64,000 nt of DNA from Pachysolen tannophilus NRRL Y-2460 (taxonomy: Eukaryota), in NCBI GenBank assembly GCA_001661245.1, contig KV454011.1, forward strand, positions 1,080,724 to 1,144,723, given 5' to 3'. The position numbers were made by a program, and so were the translations under genes. Each line of letters starts with the position of its first letter. Within the stretch, counting starts at the first letter, position 1. This document shows, piece after piece, positions 1-11,312 of the stretch. The notes beneath the pieces were generated by a model. It did not search any database, was not told the DNA's origin, and worked only from the letters and a program-made list of their open reading frames with translations.

Positions 1-103
1 ATATCATCAATAAATGTAGCCTACTTCTTCTTTTTTCTTTTTTTTTCTTTTTTTAATTTTATTATTTTTTTGTTTTCTTAAACAAATTGTTTAGTAAATA
101 AAA

Positions 104-1789
104 ATGGATAGTTCAGATATTGAAAAAGCCATAACTGCTTCTGAATCTCAACCGAGTAAGAATGAAGAAAGTTATTTTGTAGGAGATTCAAAATATAAAT
201 TATATGAAGATGGTACTCAGGAAACAACTGAATTTGAAAAAGGTGAAGTTAGAGAAACTGAAGTTCGTCGTGAATTGAAACCAAGACATGTTTCTATGAT
301 TGCCTTAGGTGGTACTATTGGTACTGGTTTATTCATTGGTATTGCTGACCCATTAATGTATGCGGGTCCAGTAAATGCATTGATAGCATATTTATTCATG
401 GGAAGTTTAGTATATTTTATTACACAATCTTTAGCTGAAATGGCTACATTTATTCCTATAGCAGGTTCATTTGCTGCATTTGTTACAAGATTTTTATCAC
501 CTGCATTAGGTGCTGCCAATGGTTATTTATACTTTTTTTCATGGGCTATAACTTATGCTATTGAACTTTCTGTTGTTGGTCAAGTTATTGAATTTTGGAC
601 ATTTGCTGTTCCTCTTGGAGCTTGGATTGCTATTTTTTTCGTGATCTTAACTATTGCAAATTTCTTTCCAGTTAAAGTTTATGGTGAAATTGAATTTTGG
701 GTTGCTGCAATTAAAGTTATTGCAATTATTGGATTTATAATTTATGGATTATGTATGGTTTGTGGTGCTTCTGCAGAACAAGGTCCAATTGGATTTAGAT
801 ATTGGAGAAATCCAGGTCCATGGGGTGATGGAATGGGTTTAGTTTCTAATATGAATACTGATAGATTTTTAGGTTGGGTTTCATCATTGATTAATGCTGC
901 TTTCACTTATCAAGGTTGTGAATTGGTTGGTATAACAGCTGGTGAAACTTCAAATCCAAGAAAATCAGTTCCAAAAGCTATTAATAAAGTTATCTTTAGA
1001 ATTTTTCTTTTCTATATCTTGTCATTATTTTTCATTGGTTTATTGGTTCCCTTTAATGACTCAAAATTATCTTCTGAAGATTCATATGTTGCTTCTTCAC
1101 CATTTATCATTGCAATTGAAAATTGTGGTACCCCTGTGCTCCCACATATCTTCAATGCTGTTATCATGTGTACCATCATTTCTGCTGGTAATTCAAATAT
1201 TTATATTGGTTCTCGTGTCTTGTACGCATTAGCAAATTCAGGTGTTGCTCCAAAATTTTTCACTTATACTACAAAACATGGTGTTCCTTATTGGGGTGTA
1301 ATCACCACCGCAGTATTTGGTTTATTGGCATTTATGGTCTTATCAACTAGTGGTACTACAGTTTTCAACTGGTTTGTCGATATTACCGCTGTTGCAGGTT
1401 TAATCACCTGGTCTTTTATTTCAATTGCACATATAAGATTTATTCAAGTTTTAAAATCAAGAGGTATTTCAAGAGATGATTTACCTTTCAAAGCAAGATT
1501 TATGCCTTGGGCTGCTTATTATTCTGCTTTTTTCATCATCTTAATTACATTTATTCAAGGTTACGCAGTTTTCTTTGACTTTAATGCATCAGATTTTTTC
1601 ACCGATTACATTTCATTAATTTTGTTTTTTGTCTTGTGGTTAGGTTTCCAACTGTACTTCAGAGGCCCATGGTTCTTACCAAAAGATCAAGTAGATATTG
1701 ATACTAATAGGAGAGAAATTGATACTGTTGTTTGGGAAACTACTCCTCCAAAGAACTTGTGGGAGAAGTTTTGGATAATAATCGCTTAG
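104..1789 (+). CDS. CAN1: Basic amino acid (Arg/Lys) permease, APC/YAT family, CAN1/LYP1/ALP1-like
   Basis: 561 aa ORF with [42 protein letters not shown] and [12 protein letters not shown] motifs and about 12 hydrophobic segments. The exact paralog is uncertain. Confidence 0.85.
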   Translation: MDSSDIEKAITASESQPSKNEESYFVGDSKYKLYEDGTQETTEFEKGEVRETEVRRELKPRHVSMIALGGTIGTGLFIGIADPLMYAGPVNALIAYLFMGSLVYFITQSLAEMATFIPIAGSFAAFVTRFLSPALGAANGYLYFFSWAITYAIELSVVGQVIEFWTFAVPLGAWIAIFFVILTIANFFPVKVYGEIEFWVAAIKVIAIIGFIIYGLCMVCGASAEQGPIGFRYWRNPGPWGDGMGLVSNMNTDRFLGWVSSLINAAFTYQGCELVGITAGETSNPRKSVPKAINKVIFRIFLFYILSLFFIGLLVPFNDSKLSSEDSYVASSPFIIAIENCGTPVLPHIFNAVIMCTIISAGNSNIYIGSRVLYALANSGVAPKFFTYTTKHGVPYWGVITTAVFGLLAFMVLSTSGTTVFNWFVDITAVAGLITWSFISIAHIRFIQVLKSRGISRDDLPFKARFMPWAAYYSAFFIILITFIQGYAVFFDFNASDFFTDYISLILFFVLWLGFQLYFRGPWFLPKDQVDIDTNRREIDTVVWETTPPKNLWEKFWIIIA

Positions 1790-2024
1790 TTTTAGATTTG
1801 TTATATAAAAGTTTTTTCTCTTTTTTTGTTTTTCAGTTTTTATTTTTTTTTTTTCATCTTTCTGTATTTTGGGGGTCATGGAGTTTTCTTTCAATTGATT
1901 TTCTTTTTAAAAGTTTTCTTTTTTGTTTTATTTAGTGTAAATTTTTAATAAGAATTTTATTCCATTCGTTTATTTTATTAGTTATTAGTTCATTTTGGAA
2001 ACAAAAAGTTCCTTTCAGTCAAAC

Positions 2025-2044
2025 TGAAACAACTTGATGTTTCA
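2025..2044. promoter_or_regulatory. Inverted pair of pheromone response elements (Ste12 PRE, TGAAACA) upstream of FUS1
   Basis: TGAAACA at 2025-2031 and TGTTTCA at 2038-2044, 6 nt apart, about 350 nt upstream of the FUS1 ATG. A near-match TGAAACC lies at 2132-2138. Confidence 0.65.
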
Positions 2045-2396
2045 TCTTGTTCTTTATTCTAACCAAAAAAAACTTTACAATTGTTATGAAATGTTACTTT
2101 TTGTCTAAAAAATAGCAAATCTGTAAAACTTTGAAACCAAAAATGAAAAAAAAAAAAAAAAAACATTGAGCCGCACATACAATGGCGCTAATCCATTTTT
2201 TTTTTACCAACCAATCCGACAACATCGCTATTAGCAATGAATACCTTTACTTGGTGTTAGTTATATGTTTTACAGTTGTAGCATGGATAGCGATATTACA
2301 TTTATATATAAGGAATATCCATAGACAGAAAAACAAAGCTATACAATTTATTATTGCGATTTTTGGAAACTAGAGAGTTGTCTTTTTTAAATTGTA

Positions 2397-3971
2397 ATGG
2401 TCACATTAACAATAAATTTAGGACCTGAACAATTCACCACCACCACCACCACCACTTTTATAACAGAAACAATTACAGAGACAGTGATTGAGAAAGAAAC
2501 TTTGTCAACTATGAATACATTGTACAGAAAGAATGAAGGTGTGGTGATAATGACTGTTGGAAATATTGAAACAGAAATAAGTTCTACTTCTACCAGTTCT
2601 TCTTCATCCAATGCTCTTGCTACTAGTATTGGAGACCAGACCGCAAAAGGGGTTGATCCTGGTTTGTCCAAAGATTCTGGATTAGTAACGGATACTTCCT
2701 CTGTGTCTGATTCTTCAAATGTTCCATCTACTGCAATTGGGCTTTGTATTGGTATTCCAATTTCACTTTTAGTGATATTTATACTTGGATTTTGTACATG
2801 GTATTATCATTTTAGAAGAAAGAAAAAAAAATTTTCCACTCCTTATGAATCTTCCACATCCAAGTTTAATTTTTTCAGGAAACAAAATGGGAGGAATACA
2901 ATTACTGATAATTATGAATCAACAGGGCCTTCTTTCCAACGTAGAGAAATCATTCAATTAAGGAGAGATATAGATATACCGGAAGTATACAACAACCCAT
3001 TTGCTGAAGCTTATCAAAAAAAATTAAAGAATGAAAAAGATACCAATGAATACGATATGGAAGAGAGATTTCAAATTAAAAAGGGACCTCTGGTAACAGT
3101 AAGTTCAAGATGGATTAGTACTCCAAAGACAGCAATTTCGAAATGGTTTAATAATAGGAAAAGTAAAATTCTTGAGCCAAAAAAAACATCTGATGGTTCA
3201 ACAGATTTAAGCAGCTTAAGTACAAATTTAGATACTTCAGATTTGACTAATGAAAATAATACTGGTAATGTTTCCAGTTTAAAAGATTTAAAATTAATTA
3301 AAGAACAAAATTTAAAAATTGATGAGAAATCTCCGATTTTAGCAAGATTTCCAGAACCATTATACCATATTAATGACTATGAATCTATTGAGATGAAAAA
3401 TCATAACAAAAATAATTACAGTCCTATTGAACTGCAAATTCTTCATGTACATAAATTTGATAACATTAAACCTCAAGTGATTTCAATGAATAAGATTCCA
3501 AATTCAAATACAATTGTTCCCAAGGACAATATTTTTGCTTTACGAAATAAACCGCTACCTTTGATACCACTTCAAAAAACTTATAACAATTGCTCAGAAA
3601 CTCCACTTTCATTAAAAGGACTAGAGAAAGGAATTGCACCTCCAAGAACAAGTTCCACAGCGTCTACTCCATTGTACAAGTATCACAATATTGCATTGGA
3701 AAAATTACAAAAAAACAAAAAACTTCGAACTTGTAGAGTTATAAAAGACTATCATAAGAAATTAGAAGATGAGGTTGACCTTAAGATAAGCGAATTGGTG
3801 GTTGTTTTAGAGACCCATTCAGATGGTTGGTGCTTGATTGAAAAAATTGGAATCATCGATACTATTACATCAGAGATGAAATACAATAAGCAAAATACAG
3901 TTATGCCTGGATCAAGCTATCTCAACGAATATCGTGGTGTTGCTCCAGCAAATCACTTGACTCCATTATAA
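2397..3971 (+). CDS. FUS1: Cell-fusion protein Fus1-like (Ser/Thr-rich ectodomain, one TM helix, C-terminal SH3)
   Basis: Thr/Ser-rich N-terminus without an obvious signal peptide, TM segment AIGLCIGIPISLLVIFILGF followed by RRKKKK, C-terminal SH3 (VIKDY..KLEDEVDL..SDGWCL..RGVAPANHL), and PREs in the promoter. Confidence 0.8.
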   Translation: MVTLTINLGPEQFTTTTTTTFITETITETVIEKETLSTMNTLYRKNEGVVIMTVGNIETEISSTSTSSSSSNALATSIGDQTAKGVDPGLSKDSGLVTDTSSVSDSSNVPSTAIGLCIGIPISLLVIFILGFCTWYYHFRRKKKKFSTPYESSTSKFNFFRKQNGRNTITDNYESTGPSFQRREIIQLRRDIDIPEVYNNPFAEAYQKKLKNEKDTNEYDMEERFQIKKGPLVTVSSRWISTPKTAISKWFNNRKSKILEPKKTSDGSTDLSSLSTNLDTSDLTNENNTGNVSSLKDLKLIKEQNLKIDEKSPILARFPEPLYHINDYESIEMKNHNKNNYSPIELQILHVHKFDNIKPQVISMNKIPNSNTIVPKDNIFALRNKPLPLIPLQKTYNNCSETPLSLKGLEKGIAPPRTSSTASTPLYKYHNIALEKLQKNKKLRTCRVIKDYHKKLEDEVDLKISELVVVLETHSDGWCLIEKIGIIDTITSEMKYNKQNTVMPGSSYLNEYRGVAPANHLTPL

Positions 3972-4394
3972 TTTGTAATATAGAGTTATTTATGTAGACA
4001 TTAAAAAATAAAAAAATTCAAGAATTTACACCATTTCTGACCTAACCTAAAACTATAAATATAACCTACACCAACAACAAAACCAAAAAAAGGGGTATCC
4101 TCAAGAAGCAAAAGTAGCTTTAAATTCTTGAAACTGTGGCAGAGTCGTAGGCAGGTCTTTTCTTCTTTAGTGGTCAAGCGTTTCATTAAAAAAGTTTCAT
4201 TAAAAAAAGTGATAGTTTAGACTAACGTTAGTACAACCCAAAGAGCATTTTATGCATAATCTCGCATATATACGTATATATATGCTGCGCCTTTACCATA
4301 ATACATTGTTTCCATCCTCAAAGAACAAGCAAAAGATCATCATAGTAGAACAAAGGAAAATTCGGTATTTGGACACCCCAATTAACAGTAGTTA

Positions 4395-4446
4395 CATCAG
4401 CATCAGCATCAGAATCAGCAGCATCAGCAACATCAGCATTAGCAGC
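4395..4446. repeat. Degenerate (CATCAG)/(CAG) tandem repeat in intergenic DNA
   Basis: catcagcatcagcatcagaatcagcagcatcagcaacatcagcattagcagc read directly. Confidence 0.8.
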
Positions 4447-5285
4447 CACGCCGTTTTTTAATCCTTCAATATCCCTGTGAAGAAAAAGGGGGAAGGCTAA
4501 CAAAATACACAAAAGGGGAAGAAAAAAAAGCAAAAAAAAAAATTTTTTTTTTTTACCTACCCATGACCGTATCAAATCTAATTGATTACACAAGTATTTG
4601 GTTTTGAAGTTCAGACTAACCTCTTTATGATCTAAAACAATCGCTTAAAAAATAACTAAACTGTTCTTTTAATAGTAGCAAACTAAACCAAACGCTAGCT
4701 CAAAACTAATATGGTACTCATTTGGGAAATGACAGAAGTCGATCTTCTCGCTTCGGGGTTTACGGGCAAACTCAGGGCTTTGACGATTAAAGAAATTAAC
4801 AATAAAAACAAGAAAAACAAGAAAAAAAGACGAGTCAAAAAAATGGCTAAACAATATACAGTTTAAATTGAGAACAAGATTAATAGAAATAGATTATTTG
4901 TAATTTTTTGAAATTAAGGATTAGAACTGACTACGAATTTTATAAATATAGATAGATTGCTTTGTAATTATTAGGGGAAAGCGTGTTTTTTTTTTTTTTT
5001 TTTGTTGTTTTGTTTTTTCATACGTTGTTCTTGTAAAGTAATTTGAAGGATTAGAAACGAACAAGAAAAAGAAAAAGAAAAAAAAAATTTTTTTTTTTTG
5101 CTTTGTTTGTTTGTTTGTTTGTCCGTCAGAAGAAGATATTGATAATAATTAAATTAGTTATACGTTGTTTATTTTATTCATTGGGTGTTTGTATTTTTAA
5201 TTTCAGTCATCACGAGGAAGTCATTCATTTAATTAGCAAGCTGATTGATTAAAATTTTTTTTTTTAAAATTCAAAAGATTTGAAT

Positions 5286-7940
5286 ATGAAGCGTCTTTTC
5301 AGCCCTACTTTGCCCTCAACTTCATCATTTTTAGCGCTGCCACAACTGGACCTTTCTCCCACTGAGGAGAAATTAAGTCCAGAGTTGGTTCCAATAGTTG
5401 CTTTATTATCGGCGCAAAGTCGTAGGCGGTACCATGAGGGTGTTTTTATGTTGTTGAATGATTTAACTTCTGATGGGAAACCAGGTGAAAGAAAATGGGA
5501 AGAAGCATATGGTGTATTAATTGGAACACAGTTGGCTGTTTGGGATGCAGAGAAATTATCGAAATATAGAGATAATCCACAAAAATTAATATCAACAAGT
5601 TCAAAGCCAACTTATATAAATTTTACAGATTCATCGTTTAAATCAGTTGATAAATTATCGGCGGTTAATGGTGAATTAAATAATGTTATAATAGTTTCTA
5701 CAACTTTGAAAAACAGATATTTACTTCAATATTCATCTAGAGATACTTTTCTTAAATGGAGTGCAGCTTTTAGATTGGCAACTTTTGAATATACTTCTTT
5801 ACAAGAAGCTTATACTGGAGCGTTATTATCTGCAAGAGGCTCAAGATTATCAGATATAAGAGTTATATTGGCAGAAACTAAATATGAACATGCAGATTGG
5901 GTAAGTGTTAGATTTGGTTCAGGAATGCCTTGGAAAAGATGTTATGCAGTTATAGAACCTTCTCCTAAAAAATCAAAGAAAAAATTTTATCCTGGAAAAT
6001 TGGTATTTTATGAAAATGAGAAAAAAGCTAAAAAACTTGCTATGGCTAGTGTTCTTAGTGCAACTTCCTGTTTTGCCGTTTATCCACAATCTGAGAAATT
6101 AGTAGATCAAAGTACTTTAATCAAATTGGAAGGTTTAATTTCATTTAGTAAAAAAGAAGAAAAATCCGCATCAGTATTTTTAATGCCAGAACTGCATTAT
6201 TCTGTTCCAGGATTTGATACTTTAATAAGGTTTTTAATACCTATATTGGATGCTTTTGGTCTTTATGGAAGACCAAAAAAATTAAATGCAAATAAAGCTG
6301 ATCCTGAATCTTTGTTATTTGGTTTACCAGTTCTTCCATTAGTATATTATCTCGAAGTAGGTGATATTCTTGGTATAGTGTCTCAACCAATTACATCTGA
6401 ATGGACTTCTCAAGATTGGTCCTCTGCAATCAAAACTATCTTACAAAGAAAATTATCAAGTGGATACTTGGGATGTGGTAATGTTAAAAATATAGAGAGT
6501 GAAGATAGTTTGGTTTCTAGTGAATTTAACGAATTAACTAAATCGATAACATCCAGATCTGGATCACCTTCTGTTTTACCAACTCCAAATTATAGTCAAA
6601 ATAGTAAGTTTAACACAAGTTCAAAAAGTTCACTCAAAAATGAAGCATCCGATCCTGATTTAGTTTCAAGCCCTGAAAGTCTGGAAAGAACTGCAAATGT
6701 AATTCGTTATTCTAACCGTTTGAGTGAAATTTACAACAAATATTCTCAACTTGATTCACCAACTGATAATCTTGCAGCCAGTACTAATCAACTAAAAGTC
6801 AATGATCGTGGTAACTCTAGACAGAGAGCAAATATCTTAGACGATGATGATGATGATGATGATGAATTACCTCAGAAAAAGTCAGAGTCAAATATCTTTG
6901 ACCCTGCTTATGGTGATATTGATGATTATGATGGAAATTTCTCTGATGAAGAAGATTTGAAACAACCAAAAGTTCAAACCCCAAAAGTTATGATAAATGG
7001 TACAACCCCAACTCAAGAATCTTTTGGAAGGCCTGGTACATTACTGGATGTTACTCAGAGAAACCTTTCTCCATATTCAGAATTTCATGAACAACTTACT
7101 AAATCGGTCGGTGTTAAGCTGTATCAACTGTCGAGTAAGCCATTACCAAGCCCTCCTCCTTCTCAAAATCTTCACGGTATATTAACAGATCCAGATGTAC
7201 ATGCAGATACTACCACTTCTAGAAATAATGCACAATATCAGGACCAACCAAAATTTGGTCAACCATTATCAAATAAAACTGAAAGAGCAAATCCTAGTAA
7301 CATAGTAAACCAAGAAACTGTGTATAATGGTTCATATAGACAAGGTCCGATTGCTCTACAAGAACCACCACTGTCAATGAGAGCTCCTCCAGCCGGAACA
7401 GCATACCCACATCAACCTCAACCACAACAACAGCAGCCGATGGTCTCTCCTCCTAATAAATATTCCAATCCTTATAATTCTGCTAATCAACCGAGATTAC
7501 AACGCAAGCCTCCTCCACAAATGGGATATCCACCTCATCAACAACCCCAATATAGACAAGCTCATCCACAAGCTCCTCCATATCATCAACAGCAGGGAGT
7601 GCCACCTCCTCACGTAAGGCAGGTCTATCCTAATCCATATATGACTTCGCCGCCATCATCGCAACAACTGTTACCACAACAATATCAGCAGCAGCAGATG
7701 AATTATCCTCCTCCACAGGCTTATCTGCAAAACGGCTCTCCTCAAGATGCCTCATTTGCTAGGGGATATCCTCAATATCCACAATATCCACAGCCAAAAC
7801 CACAAAGCCCAGTTCATGTTGCTCAAGGACATGAATTTCAAAAACAAACAAGAAAACCGCCACCAGCGAATTTTCAACTGAGGGCTCAAATACAACCAAA
7901 ATTCAAAACAAATCCTTATGCTTCGAATTCAGATGATTGA
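5286..7940 (+). CDS. Skg3/Caf120-family PH-domain protein with Gln/Pro-rich C-terminal tail
   Basis: Motifs LSPELVPIVALLSAQ, LIGTQLAVWDA, EYTSLQEAYTGALLS, WVSVRFGSGMPWKRC and FGLYGRP. First ATG is at 5286; the track starts at TTG 5280. Confidence 0.8.
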   Translation: MKRLFSPTLPSTSSFLALPQLDLSPTEEKLSPELVPIVALLSAQSRRRYHEGVFMLLNDLTSDGKPGERKWEEAYGVLIGTQLAVWDAEKLSKYRDNPQKLISTSSKPTYINFTDSSFKSVDKLSAVNGELNNVIIVSTTLKNRYLLQYSSRDTFLKWSAAFRLATFEYTSLQEAYTGALLSARGSRLSDIRVILAETKYEHADWVSVRFGSGMPWKRCYAVIEPSPKKSKKKFYPGKLVFYENEKKAKKLAMASVLSATSCFAVYPQSEKLVDQSTLIKLEGLISFSKKEEKSASVFLMPELHYSVPGFDTLIRFLIPILDAFGLYGRPKKLNANKADPESLLFGLPVLPLVYYLEVGDILGIVSQPITSEWTSQDWSSAIKTILQRKLSSGYLGCGNVKNIESEDSLVSSEFNELTKSITSRSGSPSVLPTPNYSQNSKFNTSSKSSLKNEASDPDLVSSPESLERTANVIRYSNRLSEIYNKYSQLDSPTDNLAASTNQLKVNDRGNSRQRANILDDDDDDDDELPQKKSESNIFDPAYGDIDDYDGNFSDEEDLKQPKVQTPKVMINGTTPTQESFGRPGTLLDVTQRNLSPYSEFHEQLTKSVGVKLYQLSSKPLPSPPPSQNLHGILTDPDVHADTTTSRNNAQYQDQPKFGQPLSNKTERANPSNIVNQETVYNGSYRQGPIALQEPPLSMRAPPAGTAYPHQPQPQQQQPMVSPPNKYSNPYNSANQPRLQRKPPPQMGYPPHQQPQYRQAHPQAPPYHQQQGVPPPHVRQVYPNPYMTSPPSSQQLLPQQYQQQQMNYPPPQAYLQNGSPQDASFARGYPQYPQYPQPKPQSPVHVAQGHEFQKQTRKPPPANFQLRAQIQPKFKTNPYASNSDD

Positions 7941-8628
7941 ATATTTGTTTTTTATTTTTTTATAAAAAAACTTTTGTACTATTAAAGCAGAAGGGCTAAC
8001 AATTGATGAGCTTTGTTAACTTGCTTCTGTACATTTCTTTATTTATCACCGTTTTCTTACCTTTTTTTTTTTTCTTTCATTTTTCTAGTTGTCTTTTTGG
8101 CTTGCTTGCAGGTTCTGGGTTTATGTCATTTTTTTGACTTATTTCTTTGTATTATATTATTAAATGTAAAAATTGTAACAATAAAACCAAAAAAATTCTT
8201 AATAAATATTTATAGATTATGGGTTTAAATTTGTTTCTTTATTATTATCGAGTATAGAATTTCAATTTTTATGGATCATTAAATTATAATGTTATTCAGA
8301 AATTACTCAATTTACAGAGGCATACGAATATTTCATATAAAAAGCAGTCTATCACTTTACTAATACTAAAATGAATACTTTACAAAATGTATTTCCAAGT
8401 AATTTTATTGAAAGAATTAAGACGATAATACATACATATATTCGTTTTTATAATACTTAATGACGGGAACTATTGAATCAAAAAAAGAAATGTAAAAATG
8501 ATTGTTCATTTTTTACATTATGAACAAAAAGTACATAAAACGAACCAAATTGAATTGAATTAAATTGGAAAAAAAGAAGAAAAAAAAAAATATTTTATAA
8601 GTGCCAGATTAATTTTATCAGTCCCTGC

Positions 8629-11223
8629 TTACTCTTCAACTTGCTTTAAAAACCCAGCAACTCTGCCAATGTCAATTTCTGCATTCCCATCACTCTCTAC
8701 TGCTTTGATCAATTCATCTAATAAATTATCAATTGAGTCCTCTTTCACTCCTGTACTCAAACTAATGACTTTTTTATATTTGTTTTCTAAATTCAAAAGA
8801 TTCTTAGACATTGATTCCATTTTTTCAATTAAATTTTGTTCATTTTCCTTATAGGCTTTAATTCTTGCCTTTAAGACTATTGAAGGTGGAATCAAGTGAT
8901 GTTCATCTTTAGAATTCTGCTGAATATTTTGTAAAATCAACTCTGGATTTATAGAGCTTTCTAAGATTTTGTATATCTGATCAAAGTTAATTTCTTCATC
9001 TTCATCTAAATCTTCTTCATTTATATTGTTCAATATTTCTTCCAATTTTCTTTCTAACTCATTATATACTGGCCAGCATCTGAAAGGTTCATCTGCATCA
9101 AAATCTCCATCAAATTGAGCAAAATCACCAACCAAATCTTTAGTTTGTTCTTTAAACCTTTCTTCTTCTTCTTCAATAGCTTTATCTACATTATTTGTTC
9201 TGGTGGTTAAATCTAATAATTTCAGTTCTGATTGTTGTAATGATTCCAATGTTCTTCTAGATTGAGAGAGTTTCAATGTAGCATCTCTTAGTTTAAGATG
9301 CATTTCATCAATCGAACGTTGTTTCTGGTTAATTTCTTCTTTAAATTCAGAGTCTAAATTGGATAACATATCATGCATCGATTCTAATATTCTCTTGGAG
9401 CTTTGAGAAGCATTAGCTGAAAACGCACTATTGATATTTGAATGATTATTATTAGTAAATCCATTGTTATCATTCCCATATTGGCTATTTGTAAAACTTG
9501 CTGCAAAAGTAGCTGATGGATTTAATGGATCAATTGTGATTCCAAAATCTATAGGTCTTAATCCTACTTTATTAGCAACACCTGGATCAGCACCTACATC
9601 TAATAATTGTTGTACAATGGCCTTACTACCAATTCTAGCTGCAATATTCAAACAAGTATCACCATTTCTATCCATTACATTGACAACTTCTGACATAAAC
9701 CTTCCTAAGCTAATAGCCTGATTACCAGGTAAATATAAACCTTTTCTAACAATCCATTCTAATAAAGTTTCAAGGTAATATTTTGAAGCTGAAGATCTAC
9801 CTTTAACACCTGAAGTTAAAGCAATATGATGCAATATAGTTCTTCCCTGATGATCTAATAAAGTTATACAAGGATATAAATAATCAAGTAAATTATCAAA
9901 AGAACTATTTTCTGAACTATTAGTGACTAATACTGCTCTTACTAAAGCTGATTCACCTTCATTATTACCTCTAATTCTATTGGATCCATATTTAACTAAT
10001 TGTTTTACTAGAGGTACATCACCTAAAGTTGCTGCCCAATGTAAAGAAGTATTACCACTATCATCAAACGGCACATCATAATTAATTTTATATAATTCGT
10101 GTTCTTCTAATTGTAATAATTGTTTTAAATCTTTATTACTTTCTTTTGATAAAAAAATCATTGAAATGACTTGTTTTGATTGTTCTAAATTATATTTTAC
10201 ACCATCTTCATGATAAGTATTTGGATCAATTGGTTCTAAAGAAAAAGGAGCATTTGGATTTGGAATATTTAAATCATGTTCAAAAATTTCAAAATTCGGT
10301 GTTCTTGAAGAAGATTGTTGTGAATGTAACCCTAACCCTACCGAATAAGGTTTAAACTTCTTTGTAGGAGATTCGACCATATCTACATTCATTCCATCTG
10401 CATTATCATTCTCAGTTAAAGTTGAATAAGTTCTAGTGAAAACTTCTCTTGGTTTCGCCGTATATTCATTTGACTGATTCCCATTAAATGAACTTCCACC
10501 ATTATAACCATTATTACTACTCCCGTTATTAATATTATTGTTATCGTTATTGTTATCACCATTATTTTTATTTTCAGTTTGAACATCATTTTTATTATTA
10601 TTATTGCTACTAGTAGTAGAAGTATTTTTATTATGATAATCTAATGTTATTGTCTTCAAATTAGCCATTGCTTCTAACTTTGTTGGGGTCTCAACACCAT
10701 TTGAATTATAAATTATTATATCTTTCAAAAGATCAGTAACTCCATACTCATGAGCTAAACCAACAGCTCTTTCATAAGGAATCCAAGTTCCTTGAAATTT
10801 CCCATAACCACCTTGAACAATTTCATGAACACCTGTATGAACTTCTTTTTCCAAGATTTTAGTTCTTTGATGTTTTGTAAAACCTGCAACTTTTAAAATT
10901 TGAGTTGCATTGAAAAAAGAATCTGATCTTCGACGCATCACCGATATTCCATCAACATTTATTTCATAAACTTCAATATTAGAATAAGAAGCCTTATATA
11001 CACCACTTACACTAAAACTAGATTTCCCACTAATAGCATTATAAATGTAATCATCTTCTTCATCTTCATTTTGTTCTTGTTCATCTTCCTCTTCTTCTTG
11101 CTCTTGAACTTGCTCTTCATCTACTTTTTCATCCTTAATCTTATCATCCTGGCTTCTTCCATCACTTATACTACCCATTGGCATACTATGATCATCTAGT
11201 TGACTATCTGTGACTGTAGTCAT
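8629..11223 (-). CDS. SWI6: SBF/MBF subunit Swi6/Cdc10 (KilA-N/APSES domain, ankyrin repeats, leucine zipper)
   Basis: APSES motifs (NATQILKVAG, VQGGYGKFQGTWIP), ankyrins (GNTSLHWAA, GDTCLNIAAR), Cdc10-type C-terminus (IKAVESD..IGRVAGFLK). Divergent from VTA1, as in S. cerevisiae. A Swi4/Mbp1 identity is less likely. Confidence 0.8.
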   Translation of the reverse strand: MTTVTDSQLDDHSMPMGSISDGRSQDDKIKDEKVDEEQVQEQEEEEDEQEQNEDEEDDYIYNAISGKSSFSVSGVYKASYSNIEVYEINVDGISVMRRRSDSFFNATQILKVAGFTKHQRTKILEKEVHTGVHEIVQGGYGKFQGTWIPYERAVGLAHEYGVTDLLKDIIIYNSNGVETPTKLEAMANLKTITLDYHNKNTSTTSSNNNNKNDVQTENKNNGDNNNDNNNINNGSSNNGYNGGSSFNGNQSNEYTAKPREVFTRTYSTLTENDNADGMNVDMVESPTKKFKPYSVGLGLHSQQSSSRTPNFEIFEHDLNIPNPNAPFSLEPIDPNTYHEDGVKYNLEQSKQVISMIFLSKESNKDLKQLLQLEEHELYKINYDVPFDDSGNTSLHWAATLGDVPLVKQLVKYGSNRIRGNNEGESALVRAVLVTNSSENSSFDNLLDYLYPCITLLDHQGRTILHHIALTSGVKGRSSASKYYLETLLEWIVRKGLYLPGNQAISLGRFMSEVVNVMDRNGDTCLNIAARIGSKAIVQQLLDVGADPGVANKVGLRPIDFGITIDPLNPSATFAASFTNSQYGNDNNGFTNNNHSNINSAFSANASQSSKRILESMHDMLSNLDSEFKEEINQKQRSIDEMHLKLRDATLKLSQSRRTLESLQQSELKLLDLTTRTNNVDKAIEEEEERFKEQTKDLVGDFAQFDGDFDADEPFRCWPVYNELERKLEEILNNINEEDLDEDEEINFDQIYKILESSINPELILQNIQQNSKDEHHLIPPSIVLKARIKAYKENEQNLIEKMESMSKNLLNLENKYKKVISLSTGVKEDSIDNLLDELIKAVESDGNAEIDIGRVAGFLKQVEE

Positions 11224-11306
11224 TCTTTAGAAATAGCAACACTTTGATAAAAAAAAAAAAAAAAAAAAAAAGAGAAATACAAATTTAATTAGTTATATTC
11301 TCAATT

Positions 11307-11312
11307 ACGCGT
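11307..11312. promoter_or_regulatory. MCB element (ACGCGT) upstream of SWI6
   Basis: Exact ACGCGT 84 nt upstream of the ATG. Confidence 0.45.

Noticed and set aside
4266..4281. 16-bp palindrome ATATATACGTATATAT
   Set aside because: Explained by an interrupted (TA)n microsatellite.
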